From: Candidatus Saccharimonadota bacterium
Lineage (GTDB): Bacteria > Patescibacteriota > Gracilibacteria > UBA4473
Length of the DNA stretch: 32,000 bases
Direction of reading: 5' to 3'
Assembly: GCA_020632335.1 (NCBI GenBank)
Contig: JACKFV010000002.1
Location: 40,181-72,180 of the forward strand
In this document: one piece after another, positions 1 through 8,929 of the stretch
Position numbering within the stretch: the stretch's first letter is position 1
How the letters are laid out: each line of letters opens with the position of its first letter
Made by a program: the position numbers and the translations under genes
Notes under the pieces: generated by a model
Database searches by the model: none
The model's input: only the letters and a program-made list of their open reading frames with translations
Told to the model about the DNA's origin: nothing

Positions 1-143
1 CGGCGAATCCGGCCGGTATCCTCCCCGAGCAGCGGGATCCCTTCACCGGAGCGCCGCTCTCTGTCGCGCCGCTGACGTGGTCTCACGCCACCTTCATCGA
101 GGCCATGCTGGACTACTCTGAGCGCTATGCCTCTCTTCAATAA
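1..143 (+). CDS. Glycoside hydrolase family 15 (glucoamylase-like), C-terminal fragment; the gene starts upstream of the window
   Basis: The frame from nt 3 to TAA 141-143 reads ANPAGILPEQRDPFTGAPLSVAPLTWSHATFIEAMLDYSERYASLQ*. LPEQ...PLTWSHA..FI is the conserved C-terminal region of GH15 catalytic domains. Confidence 0.7.
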   Translation, partial: ANPAGILPEQRDPFTGAPLSVAPLTWSHATFIEAMLDYSERYASLQ

Positions 144-149
144 CTCTCT

Positions 150-995
150 ATGCAGGCTATTGGCATTGACATCGGCGGGACGAAAATGCTGAGTGTCCGC
201 TATGACACCCGCACCTGGCAGCCACTGGAGCGCGTGCTGCACCCTACCGGGGAGGCGCTGACGATTCCTCAGCTGCGGGCTCTCCTGAGAGAGAGCATCA
301 CCGCGCTGCGTACCCCAACGGTGAGGAGCATTGGCATTGGCGTGCCGGGGGTGGTGGACGGGGGGAAGATCATCACACTACCGAACCTCCCTCAGCTGCA
401 GGACGTCCCTCTGCTGGCATTCCTCGAGCAGGAGACGGGGCTGCCTGTAGCGCTGGCTAATGACGCCAGTCTCTTCACTCTGGCCGAGCACCATGCTGCT
501 GGTGGGGAGGGAATTACGCTGGGGCTCATCATCGGTACGGGGGTGGGGGTGGGGCTTTGCGTGGAGGGGCAGCTCTACCACGGGGCACATGGCCGCGCGC
601 CGGAGATGGGCCATATACGCGTGCACCGCTCGGGGACGGCAACGGTGGAGCAACTCTTGGCCGGGCCGGGGCTGGCGCGCTTCTTTGCCACCGAGGATAT
701 GGCGGCGATAGAGGCCGAGTATACGCAGCACGCTGAGGCCCTCACGGAGGAGATATACCCGCGGCTCCTGCTGCTGGTGGAGTTTCTCTACACGCTCGTG
801 CGGGCGTATGATCCGCACCGGATTGTCATCGGAGGCAGCGCAGGGCTCTCGTTTTGGCAGCTCTTCGCGGAGGAAATAGCGCAGGAACTCCGCCACCGGT
901 ATCCGCTCCCGCACCCGTTGCCAGTGCTGCGGTGGTCTCAGACGACGGACGCCGGAGCCTTAGGAGCCGCGCAGTATGGGGCTAGAGCGCTCTAG
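150..995 (+). CDS. ROK-family sugar kinase (glucokinase-like)
   Basis: 281 aa. It has the N-terminal IGIDIGGTK phosphate-binding motif, ANDA, and a glycine-rich GTGVGVG/GHGRAPEMGH core typical of ROK kinases. It starts 6 nt after the GH15 stop, so co-transcription is likely. Confidence 0.8.
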   Translation: MQAIGIDIGGTKMLSVRYDTRTWQPLERVLHPTGEALTIPQLRALLRESITALRTPTVRSIGIGVPGVVDGGKIITLPNLPQLQDVPLLAFLEQETGLPVALANDASLFTLAEHHAAGGEGITLGLIIGTGVGVGLCVEGQLYHGAHGRAPEMGHIRVHRSGTATVEQLLAGPGLARFFATEDMAAIEAEYTQHAEALTEEIYPRLLLLVEFLYTLVRAYDPHRIVIGGSAGLSFWQLFAEEIAQELRHRYPLPHPLPVLRWSQTTDAGALGAAQYGARAL

Positions 996-2877
996 CACGA
1001 GCGATGAGGACCGCCGCCTCGGCCCGGGTAAGCGGCGCGTGTGGGCGGTAGCTGCCGTCTTCATAGCCGCGTAGTAGGCCCCTCTCAGCGCCTAGCTGTA
1101 CCCACGGGGCGTATTCGGGGCTGACGTCACTGAGGGCTACCGGGGGCTGTAGGGTGAGGTCTGGGCTCTCTCCTAGAGTGCGCAGCAGGGTGATAAGCGC
1201 CTCTATGCGGGTGATGGGAGCCTCGGGCAAGAGCGTACGAGTACCGTCACTCTCTGCATAGCCACGGAGGATACCCGCCTCGCTCAGCCCCAGTATCTCG
1301 CTCTGGTAGGGGTGGCTTGGTGGTAGGTCACGGTAGAGCCTCTCGCTACTGGCGCTGCTATACCCCCAGAGCAGCCCCACGGTGTGGAAGAATTCGGCGC
1401 GGGGTTCAGTCCACTGCAGGGCCAGCGTTCCCTCATGCGTGAGGTTCCAGGCGCCCGCAGCCCAGAGCTCCGCCGTGGCGTCCCAGGCCCAGTGGGTGGG
1501 GTCAGCGTCAGGGGCCAGGGTGAGCATTACAGGCCGCACCATCGTTTCTCCGCCCTCAGACAGGGTGACGCAGCGCTCGGTACAGCCGGGGGAGAAGCTG
1601 CCGGGGTACTGCCAGTAGAGTCTCTGGTGGGCTGTACTTCCCGGCTGCAGGGTAAAGAGCGGCTCTGGGAGAGGGTCGAGAAAATCCGCATGCGGTTGCG
1701 CAGGCCCGGTATACTCGGCCGTGGTGTAGGCAGGGCGATCATCCGCTACGCTCCCCATAGCGCTCCTGCGCCAGTGGTGCAGCCCGAGCACCTCTGACGG
1801 CGAGAGTACCAGCGCCTCCGGGTTCATCGTTTGCCAGTCCTCCCGCATCTGTAGAGGGATAATCGCCAGCGGAGCATCACTCTGTAGAGATAGCGGTTCA
1901 CTCTCGGTCAGCAGGATAACCGCGTCACCCTCGGGGCCAGGAGGCACTGCCCGGAGCAGCTCTGCGGTGAAGGACCCCCAGGGTTTGATCCCCTCCAGGC
2001 GGCTGAGGACCTCCCGCTGCAGCGCAAAGGTATTCTGCGTGGGGGCCGGCTCCAGCCACGCTAGTTCGTCTCGCAGCACTCCCACCCGCACTGGCAACCC
2101 CGGGAAGGCCTGGAGAATCCGCTTGGTGAGCGACTGCAGCTCTAGCCAGCGTGGCCCTAGTGCCGAGCCACTGGCGTCTATAAGGAGGGTGAGGTGGGTA
2201 GGCGTGACGGCCGTGGGGGTGAGAAACTGCAGCGTGGTGCTCTGGCTGCTGAGCGTCGGGGTTTTCTTCTCCGTCCACAGGAACGTGAGGCTAGCGGCAC
2301 TATCAGGACTCCTCTGCGTGAGGGTATAGCGGCCATCCGGGTGCTGCGCTACGCGGTCATAGGGGTACTGCCAGTAGTACTCTGGCGGCGTGAGTAGCTG
2401 GGTATCGACCGTCAGCGTGGTGCTAGGGAGGGCGTCTGGCAGCGGCACGCGGGTGCTCGTCCAGCTGGCTTCTCGTACCAGTGGAAGGGGGAAGTGGTGG
2501 CTCAGACGCAGGGGCATACCGGCGGTCACGGGCAGGGTGAGGGGGAAGAGCGCGCGACCCTCGAGCGGGAGGGTGGTGGTCAGCTGGGCGTCCCAGAGAG
2601 TCTCCAGTGCCTGCTCATGTGGCAGTGGGGCGAGAGACAGCGGCTCCTCCGCGAGGAAAAACTGCGGCGTGGCCTCCGTCGGGAGCGTCCACAGGAGCGT
2701 CACCTCGCCCGTCACCAGGGGGGTGAATTCCTCGGTGATGAGCGCCTCCAGCATAGTGCTCTCCCGCTCCAGCAGGCTGACCGAGAGGGCATCACGGGTG
2801 AGCATAGCCTCGGGGTACCACGCGTGGCAGAGGGGAGGCAGGAGGAGAAAAAGCAGCCAGCAGAGAGCTCGGAGCAT
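982..2877 (-). CDS. Secreted protein with a vWA-like (MIDAS DxSGS) region and two C-terminal SLH (S-layer homology) repeats
   Basis: Signal-peptide-like N-terminus MLRALCWLLFLLLPPLCHA. An internal LLIDASGSA motif resembles MIDAS. The C-terminus carries two SLH-like repeats (...AGILRGYAESDGTRTLLPEAPITRIEAL... and SDVSPEYAPWVQLGAERGLLRGYEDGSYRPHAPLTRAEAAVLIARA). The ATG lies 3 nt after the gatA stop. Confidence 0.6.
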   Translation of the reverse strand: MLRALCWLLFLLLPPLCHAWYPEAMLTRDALSVSLLERESTMLEALITEEFTPLVTGEVTLLWTLPTEATPQFFLAEEPLSLAPLPHEQALETLWDAQLTTTLPLEGRALFPLTLPVTAGMPLRLSHHFPLPLVREASWTSTRVPLPDALPSTTLTVDTQLLTPPEYYWQYPYDRVAQHPDGRYTLTQRSPDSAASLTFLWTEKKTPTLSSQSTTLQFLTPTAVTPTHLTLLIDASGSALGPRWLELQSLTKRILQAFPGLPVRVGVLRDELAWLEPAPTQNTFALQREVLSRLEGIKPWGSFTAELLRAVPPGPEGDAVILLTESEPLSLQSDAPLAIIPLQMREDWQTMNPEALVLSPSEVLGLHHWRRSAMGSVADDRPAYTTAEYTGPAQPHADFLDPLPEPLFTLQPGSTAHQRLYWQYPGSFSPGCTERCVTLSEGGETMVRPVMLTLAPDADPTHWAWDATAELWAAGAWNLTHEGTLALQWTEPRAEFFHTVGLLWGYSSASSERLYRDLPPSHPYQSEILGLSEAGILRGYAESDGTRTLLPEAPITRIEALITLLRTLGESPDLTLQPPVALSDVSPEYAPWVQLGAERGLLRGYEDGSYRPHAPLTRAEAAVLIARARAL

Positions 2878-2880
2878 CGG

Positions 2881-4323
2881 CTAGGCAGTGCGAGCGGTGT
2901 AGAGGTGGTGTGCAGCCCGCAGCAGGGTATCCTCGCCAAAGGACGGCCCCATCAGCTGCACCCCCACTGGCAGGCCCTCTGCGGTGTGGCCCGTGGGCAC
3001 GCTGATGCCGCAGTTGCCGGCCAGGTTCACCGGAGCAACGAAGATATCCTCCAGGTACATCTTGAGCGGGTCGCTGGTGTTCTGCCCGATGGGAAATGCC
3101 GGCGTGGGAGAGACGGGGCTGAGGAGGAGATCCACCTGCTGGAAGGCCGCCTGCATCTCATCGCGGATGAGCGTGCGCACCTGCTGGGCCTTGCGGTAGT
3201 AGGCGTCGTAGTAGCCGCTGCTTAGGCTATAGGTGCCGATGAGTATCCGCCGCTTGACCTCGTCGCCTAGGCCCTGTTCGCGGGTCTCGTAGTAGATCTC
3301 TTGCAGGGTATCTCTGTGTGCTCCTTGGCCAAACCGTATGCCGTCATAGCGCGCCATATTGGCCGAGATCTCACTCGGGGCGATGATGTAGTAGGTCGCG
3401 ATGGCATAGGGCGAGTGCGGCAGTGATACCGTTGTCACCGTGGCGCCCAGCTCCTGCAGGGTCTCTTTCGCTCTCTCCAGCTCGGCCAGGACAGCGGCGT
3501 CAGTGCCTTCTATCTCGAGGAATTCTCGGGGGATCCCCACCCGCATACCGCGGATGTCCTGCTGTAGCGCGGCGGTGTAGTCGGGCACGGGGGCCGTAGT
3601 GGTAGTGGCGTCGCGGGGGTCCTTACCGGCTATAGCCTGCAGCAGCAGGGCGCAGTCAGCCGGGGTGGGAGCCAGCGGCCCGGTGGTATCCAGGCTGCTA
3701 GCCATAGGGATGGTCCCCCAGCGGCTCACGCGGCCATAACTGGGCTTGAGGCCTGTCACTCCACAGAAGTTGGCCGGCACGCGTATAGACCCTCCGGTAT
3801 CCGTCCCGATGCTACAGGGTGCCATACCGGCAGCCACACTCGCGGCGCTGCCCCCGCTACTGCCACCGGCTACTCGGCTCTGGTCATGCGGATTTTTCGT
3901 CACGCCATAGGCGCTATGCTCGGTACTGGCCCCCATGGTGAATTCGTCCGTGTTTACCTTGCCCAGCAGCACCATGCCAGCGGCTTTCAGTCGTGCCCAC
4001 ACCGTGGCGTCGTAGGGGCTCTGGTAGTGCTCGAGAACTTTGCTCGCGGCGGTAGTGCGCGCCTCTACCGTACACAGCACGTCTTTTAGGCTTATCGGCA
4101 TACCGTCCAGCGGGCCCAGCGTCTGCCCGGCTCTGTGGCGTGCATCGGCGGCATCAGCGGCGGCCAGGGCTGCCTCTGGGGTGGTAGTCAGGTAGGCGTT
4201 TATCTCGGTATTCTGCGCGGCTATCTGCTGCAGGAAGGCCTCGGTAATGGCTCTGCTGGTGAGCTCCCCAGACTGAAAACGCGCGCTGAGAGCTGATAGG
4301 TTGGTAGACGGAATGCTGCTCAT
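2881..4323 (-). CDS. gatA: Glutamyl-tRNA(Gln)/aspartyl-tRNA(Asn) amidotransferase subunit A
   Basis: 480 aa with the amidase signature GGSSGGSAASVAAG...GTDTGGSIRVPA and full-length GatA-like layout. Confidence 0.95.
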   Translation of the reverse strand: MSSIPSTNLSALSARFQSGELTSRAITEAFLQQIAAQNTEINAYLTTTPEAALAAADAADARHRAGQTLGPLDGMPISLKDVLCTVEARTTAASKVLEHYQSPYDATVWARLKAAGMVLLGKVNTDEFTMGASTEHSAYGVTKNPHDQSRVAGGSSGGSAASVAAGMAPCSIGTDTGGSIRVPANFCGVTGLKPSYGRVSRWGTIPMASSLDTTGPLAPTPADCALLLQAIAGKDPRDATTTTAPVPDYTAALQQDIRGMRVGIPREFLEIEGTDAAVLAELERAKETLQELGATVTTVSLPHSPYAIATYYIIAPSEISANMARYDGIRFGQGAHRDTLQEIYYETREQGLGDEVKRRILIGTYSLSSGYYDAYYRKAQQVRTLIRDEMQAAFQQVDLLLSPVSPTPAFPIGQNTSDPLKMYLEDIFVAPVNLAGNCGISVPTGHTAEGLPVGVQLMGPSFGEDTLLRAAHHLYTARTA

Positions 4324-4380
4324 GAGCGGACTCTAATGATTTCTCTGCTGTCGTCTAGCGTAGATGGGATGGGCCGCACA

Positions 4381-4408
4381 GAAAAAATACCTCGTGCAGA
4401 AGGTATTT
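4381..4408 (-). terminator. Rho-independent terminator of the AT-rich islet gene
   Basis: On the minus strand AAATACCT-TCTGCACG-AGGTATTT is followed by a T run, 10 nt after the stop at 4418-4420. Confidence 0.5.
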
Positions 4409-4417
4409 GAAGGAGTT

Positions 4418-4870
4418 TTACAAGTATAGGACTTCTTTCAATAAATAAAAGAAAAATAGATGTATTATGAATCCTATCATCTGCATAGTTACTATGAAGG
4501 AGATCCACCCTGTAACGCCTAATACATCGAATGCAAGCACTAATATCAATAGGAGAGATGAGTATTCAAGTACTAATAGCTTCCAAAAATTTTTACGCAA
4601 TTTTGGTATAGCTTTTATGTATATTAGATAAGAACCAAGTCCTATGATAGCTAATCCCAAATGGATAGTAGTTATTGTAACTGTATGAGGAAATAAAGCC
4701 ATGATATAGAATGTGATAGAGCACACTATAGTAACAAATAATGAGATAACGCCTGCGTAGAGGTATCTAGTGAGCCACTTATGGCTAGTGGTTTCAAAGG
4801 ACCATGCCTCTTTGAAAAGTTCCCATCTCCGTTGTTCTGGAGATAGATTACAATTATCGGATTTTTTCAT
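4418..4870 (-). CDS. Hypothetical multi-pass membrane protein (AT-rich, foreign-looking)
   Basis: 150 aa from ATG 4870 (MKKSDNCNLSPEQRRWELFKEAW...). About four hydrophobic helices. Third codon positions are AT-rich, unlike all neighbouring genes. The longer 167-aa ORF start at 4921 is not preferred. Confidence 0.6.
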   Translation of the reverse strand: MKKSDNCNLSPEQRRWELFKEAWSFETTSHKWLTRYLYAGVISLFVTIVCSITFYIMALFPHTVTITTIHLGLAIIGLGSYLIYIKAIPKLRKNFWKLLVLEYSSLLLILVLAFDVLGVTGWISFIVTMQMIGFIIHLFFFYLLKEVLYL

Positions 4871-4948
4871 AATATATATAATTCTTGAAATGATGAATAA
4901 ATAAAAGAAATGACGCGCCACAACTGCACTTGTGGAGGAGTCACCGGT

Positions 4949-4977
4949 ACTGTACTACAGATGCAGTATTTTGTCAA
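4949..4977 (-). promoter_or_regulatory. Candidate sigma70-type promoter for the islet gene
   Basis: Minus strand TTGACA (4977-4972), 17 nt, TACAGT (4954-4949). This predicts a leader of about 70 nt. Confidence 0.35.
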
Positions 4978-5000
4978 TATACCCTACTGGGGCACTGCGC

Positions 5001-5029
5001 TTGCCCTCCGTCACAAAGCAGCGTAGTAT
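5001..5029 (+). promoter_or_regulatory. Promoter of the cation exchanger gene, leaderless configuration
   Basis: TTGCCC (5001-5006), 17 nt, TAGTAT (5024-5029), 6 nt, ATG 5036. Confidence 0.5.
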
Positions 5030-5035
5030 AGCCTT

Positions 5036-5995
5036 ATGCAGAGCCTGCTTGCTGCCATCATTGGCTTCTCGCCCGTGCTACAGGGGTTGATAGCCGCGGT
5101 GTGCGTAGCGGGGCTGTGGTGGGGCGCGGAGCTGGTGATAGACGGGGCGCGGTCACTCGCGCGGCGGCTGGGCATCTCCGAACTCATCATTGGGCTGACG
5201 GTAGTGAGTGTGGGGAGTAGCTTCCCGGAGATATTCGTGAACGTGCAGGCAGGGCTCTCTGGGCTCTCTCCGCTGGGGGTGGGGAATGTAGTGGGTAGCT
5301 GTCTGGTGCAGATCAGCGTGATACTGGGGATCTGCGTACTGGTGGGGGGGCCGCTGACCGAAACCCGCCCCAGCATACGCCGTGACGGGGGCATGGTGGT
5401 GGGCTCCATCGCGCTGCTGTACCTGCTGGGGATGGACGGGCACATCTCGGTAGGGGAGGCTATCGGCATGGTGTCCCTCTACGGAGCGTATATCCTCTAC
5501 CTCACGCGCGCACCGCACGAGAAAGCCCACCACTACGTCACTCCTGAGCAGAGCGTGTGGGAGGCGCTGGCGAAGTTCGCTCTGGGGGCGGTGGTGGTGT
5601 GGGTAAGTAGCGATACGCTCATCCACATAGGGCTGCACGCCGGGGAGGTACTGGGGATCAGCCCGAGCGTGATCGGGATCATGAGTGGCATCGGCACCAG
5701 TGTGCCCGAGCTGGCGGTGAGTCTCATCGCCCTGCTACGCCGGAGTAACGGCATCTCCATCGGGAACCTCTTGGGGTCTAACATCACCGATCCGCTCTTC
5801 AGCCTGCCCATGGGTGCCCTCTTGGCCGGGGGCTACAGTGTTGACTCCCTACTGCTGGAGCGTGCTATACCCGCTTGGGGAGCCATCAGCCTGCTGGTGC
5901 TGCTGGTGTTTTACTTCCGTGGGAGGGTAGGCCGGCCGGTAGCGGTACTGCTGATAGCGCTCTACATCGGGAGTTTCTGGTGGTTTTTACAGTAG
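5036..5995 (+). CDS. Ca2+/cation antiporter, CaCA (YrbG-like) family
   Basis: 319 aa with about 10 hydrophobic segments and two alpha-repeat motifs: GSSFPEIF in the N-terminal half and GTSVPELAVS in the C-terminal half. Confidence 0.85.
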   Translation: MQSLLAAIIGFSPVLQGLIAAVCVAGLWWGAELVIDGARSLARRLGISELIIGLTVVSVGSSFPEIFVNVQAGLSGLSPLGVGNVVGSCLVQISVILGICVLVGGPLTETRPSIRRDGGMVVGSIALLYLLGMDGHISVGEAIGMVSLYGAYILYLTRAPHEKAHHYVTPEQSVWEALAKFALGAVVVWVSSDTLIHIGLHAGEVLGISPSVIGIMSGIGTSVPELAVSLIALLRRSNGISIGNLLGSNITDPLFSLPMGALLAGGYSVDSLLLERAIPAWGAISLLVLLVFYFRGRVGRPVAVLLIALYIGSFWWFLQ

Positions 5996-6063
5996 AAATT
6001 ACTCTGGCATATTGTCAAGTTGCTTGCGCTTCCCTGCTCTGCTGCTGTGCCTAGAGTAGGGGT

Positions 6064-7188
6064 ATGAAAGCGAAAGATATCCTTACCAAGAGTGCTCTGC
6101 AGTTCCTCGAGACCTACCTGAATACCGCCAGCCCCACGGGGTTTGAGTGGAAGGGGCAGCGGGTCTGGACGGACTACCTCCGGCCCTACGTCGACGAGCT
6201 CCATGAGGACAACTACGGCACTTGCTATGGGGTGCTCCACCCGCGGGACGCTAAGGGAAAGCCCACCCCCTCGGACTACAAAGTGGTGATAGAGGCGCAT
6301 GCAGATGAGATCAGCTGGTTTGTAAACTACATCACTGACAAGGGCCTGCTGCATGTCATCCGTAACGGGGGGAGTGATCAGGTCATCGCGCCGAGTAAGC
6401 GGGTACTGGTGCATCTGCGTGACGGCAAGACCATCGAGGGGCTCTTCGGCTGGCCGGCCATCCACACTCGCAAGGGCGAAAAAGAGAAGGAAGTCACGCC
6501 CAAGATAGAGAATATCACCGTAGATGTAGGCGCCAGGAGCAAGGAAGAAGTGGAGAAAATGGGCATTCATGTGGGGTGCGTTATTACCTACCCGGATGCC
6601 TTCCATGTGCTCAATGACCGGTATTTCGTCTGCCGAGCGCTGGATAACCGCGCTGGAGGATTCATGATAGCGCAGGTGGCGCGGCTCCTTCACGAGCAGA
6701 AAGTGCAGCTGCCCTACTCGCTCTATATCATCAATAGTGTGCAAGAAGAGGTGGGCCTGTATGGCGCCAAGATGATCGCACAGACGCTGAAACCCAACGT
6801 AGCCATCGTGACCGACGTCACCCACGACACCAGCACGCCGATGATAGACCTGCCCGTAGAGGGCGACGTGCAGTGCGGCAAGGGCCCGGTTATAGGCTGC
6901 GCGCCCAGCATCCAGCAGAATCTGCTCCATCTCATCACCGAGACCGCCGCAGAGAAGAAAATCCCCGTGCAGTGGAATGCCCGCAGCCGCTCTAGCGGGA
7001 CGGATACCGACGCCTTTGCCTTTGACGGGAATGCGGTCTCGGCGCTCATTTCACTCCCGCTGCGCTACATGCACACCACGGTAGAAATGGTGGACAAAGA
7101 CGACGTAGCGGCCTGTATTCACCTTATGTATGAGAGCCTGCAACAGATACGAGCGGGGCAGGACTTCCGGTATTTGAAGCTCTCCTAA
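6064..7188 (+). CDS. M42-family metallopeptidase (glutamyl aminopeptidase / FrvX-like)
   Basis: 374 aa. IEAHADEI, RALDNRAGG, VQEEVGLYGA and VTDVTHDT are the typical M42 metal-ligand blocks. Confidence 0.85.
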   Translation: MKAKDILTKSALQFLETYLNTASPTGFEWKGQRVWTDYLRPYVDELHEDNYGTCYGVLHPRDAKGKPTPSDYKVVIEAHADEISWFVNYITDKGLLHVIRNGGSDQVIAPSKRVLVHLRDGKTIEGLFGWPAIHTRKGEKEKEVTPKIENITVDVGARSKEEVEKMGIHVGCVITYPDAFHVLNDRYFVCRALDNRAGGFMIAQVARLLHEQKVQLPYSLYIINSVQEEVGLYGAKMIAQTLKPNVAIVTDVTHDTSTPMIDLPVEGDVQCGKGPVIGCAPSIQQNLLHLITETAAEKKIPVQWNARSRSSGTDTDAFAFDGNAVSALISLPLRYMHTTVEMVDKDDVAACIHLMYESLQQIRAGQDFRYLKLS

Positions 7189-7202
7189 CCCAGTACTATA
7201 CG

Positions 7203-8816
7203 CTAACGAGGGCTCTTGTCCGTCGCGGCAATCAGCCCGGCAAAGAGCGGGTGCGGCGTGAACGGACTGCTGATAAACTCCGGGTGGAACTGCGACGCGA
7301 TCATATACGGGTGGCCCTCTACCTCCACGATCTCGGGCAGCTTATGTGACGGGTCCCAGCCGCTCACCCGTAGGCCGGCCGCCTCCAGCGCAGGGGTATA
7401 GCGCGTGTTGATCTCATAGCGGTGGCGGTGCCGCTCGGTTATCTGCTCCTTGCCATACAGCCGGTGTGCCAGCGTGCCCGGGGTAATGAGGCAGTCGTAG
7501 GCTCCTAGGCGCATGGTGCCGCCCTTATCAGTGATGGTGCGCTGCTCGGGGATGAAGTGCACGATGTGGTGTTGGCTTTTGCCCTCCTCATCGAATTCCT
7601 CGCTGGTGGCGTCTGTCATACCCAGTACGTTGCGCGCGTACTCTATAGCCAGTATCTGTGACCCCAGGCACAGCCCCAGGTAGGGCTTTTTTCGCTCTCG
7701 GCAGTACTGCGCCACGCGGATCTTCCCCTCTATCCCACGAATGCCAAAGCCCCCCGGCACCACGATGCAGTCCATGCTCGCTAGCTTCTGGCGCTCTAGG
7801 TGGTCGTCCATCTCTATCTTCTCGGTGTCTATCCAGGTGATGTGCGGCTCCAAGTGCGCGTTATAGGCGGCTGACTCTAGGGCCTCTATGACGGATTTAT
7901 ACGCGTCGTCTAGCCCCACGTACTTGCCCGCCAAGCCGATGCTGACGCTCCCCACCGTGTGCTGGCGCCGCTCATACCCGGCCTTCCAGTGGTGCATCTG
8001 GGGCGCTTTGCCGGTGATGCCAAACTTCTCGAGAATTTTCTCCCCCACCTTCTGCGCGTCAAAATGCAGCGGCACGGCGTAGATGCTCTCTACCGTCGGT
8101 GCGGGGATGACACACTGCGGCTCGATATCGGCAAAGAGTGAGATCTTCTCCAGCAGCGATTCCGGCACGGGTTTATCTGCCCGGGCAAAGAGGAGATCTG
8201 CTCGCAGGCCACGACGATTCAGCTCCCGCACCGCCAGCTGCATGGGCTTGGTCTTGAGCTCCCCAGCGCCCTGCAGGTAGGGTACCAGCCCCAGCATGGC
8301 CACCCGCACCTGGTCATGGTACTGGGTTTTCATCCGCCGCACGGCCTCAAGGAAGGGGTCGGCCTCGATATCGCCCACCGTGCCGCCTAGCTCTATGAGC
8401 ATCACCTCGGCGTCGTAGGCCTCGGCCAGGCCCTCTATACGCTGCTGGATGGCGTCTGTAATGTGTGGCACCACCTGTATCGTGCCCCCCAGGTAGCTGC
8501 CTTCTCGCTCGCCCTGCAGCACCTGCTGGTAGATCTTCCCCGCGCTCACACTGCAGTCCCGCTGCATAGAGAGGCCCGTGAACCGCTCATAATACCCCAG
8601 GTCGAGGTCGGTCTCCGCGCCATCGTTGAGTACAAAGACCTCCCCGTGCTGGTAGGGGCTCATGGTCCCCGGGTCGATATTGAGGTAGGGGTCCAGCTTC
8701 ATGATGCCGATACGCACCCCCGCGCTGCGCAGTATGGTGGCGATGGAGGCCGCGCAGATGCCCTTTCCCAGGCTACTACAAACCCCCCCCACCACAAAAA
8801 GATAACGGCGATCCAT
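7203..8816 (-). CDS. pyrG: CTP synthase
   Basis: 537 aa. The N-terminus reads YLFVVGGVCSSLGKGI...LDPYLNIDPGTMSPYQHGEVFV. The C-terminal glutamine amidotransferase domain carries GLCLGSQ and HRHRYE. Confidence 0.97.
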   Translation of the reverse strand: MDRRYLFVVGGVCSSLGKGICAASIATILRSAGVRIGIMKLDPYLNIDPGTMSPYQHGEVFVLNDGAETDLDLGYYERFTGLSMQRDCSVSAGKIYQQVLQGEREGSYLGGTIQVVPHITDAIQQRIEGLAEAYDAEVMLIELGGTVGDIEADPFLEAVRRMKTQYHDQVRVAMLGLVPYLQGAGELKTKPMQLAVRELNRRGLRADLLFARADKPVPESLLEKISLFADIEPQCVIPAPTVESIYAVPLHFDAQKVGEKILEKFGITGKAPQMHHWKAGYERRQHTVGSVSIGLAGKYVGLDDAYKSVIEALESAAYNAHLEPHITWIDTEKIEMDDHLERQKLASMDCIVVPGGFGIRGIEGKIRVAQYCRERKKPYLGLCLGSQILAIEYARNVLGMTDATSEEFDEEGKSQHHIVHFIPEQRTITDKGGTMRLGAYDCLITPGTLAHRLYGKEQITERHRHRYEINTRYTPALEAAGLRVSGWDPSHKLPEIVEVEGHPYMIASQFHPEFISSPFTPHPLFAGLIAATDKSPR

Positions 8817-8822
8817 GCGCTT

Positions 8823-8851
8823 AGTGTAGATTCCTCCCTGAGGGGTGTCAA
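8823..8851 (-). promoter_or_regulatory. pyrG promoter, leaderless configuration
   Basis: Minus strand TTGACA (8851-8846), 17 nt, TACACT (8828-8823), 6 nt (AAGCGC), ATG 8816. Confidence 0.6.
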
Positions 8852-8895
8852 GTAGCGGGTGTAGAGAGAAATCAAAGAACCTTCATATACAGGGG

Positions 8896-8923
8896 TTGGC
8901 AGCCAGCGCGAGGGGAGTAGGGT
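8896..8923 (+). promoter_or_regulatory. Promoter of the cysteine desulfurase gene, leaderless configuration
   Basis: TTGGCA (8896-8901), 16 nt, TAGGGT (8918-8923), 6 nt (AGGGGT), ATG 8930. Confidence 0.55.
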
Positions 8924-8929
8924 AGGGGT

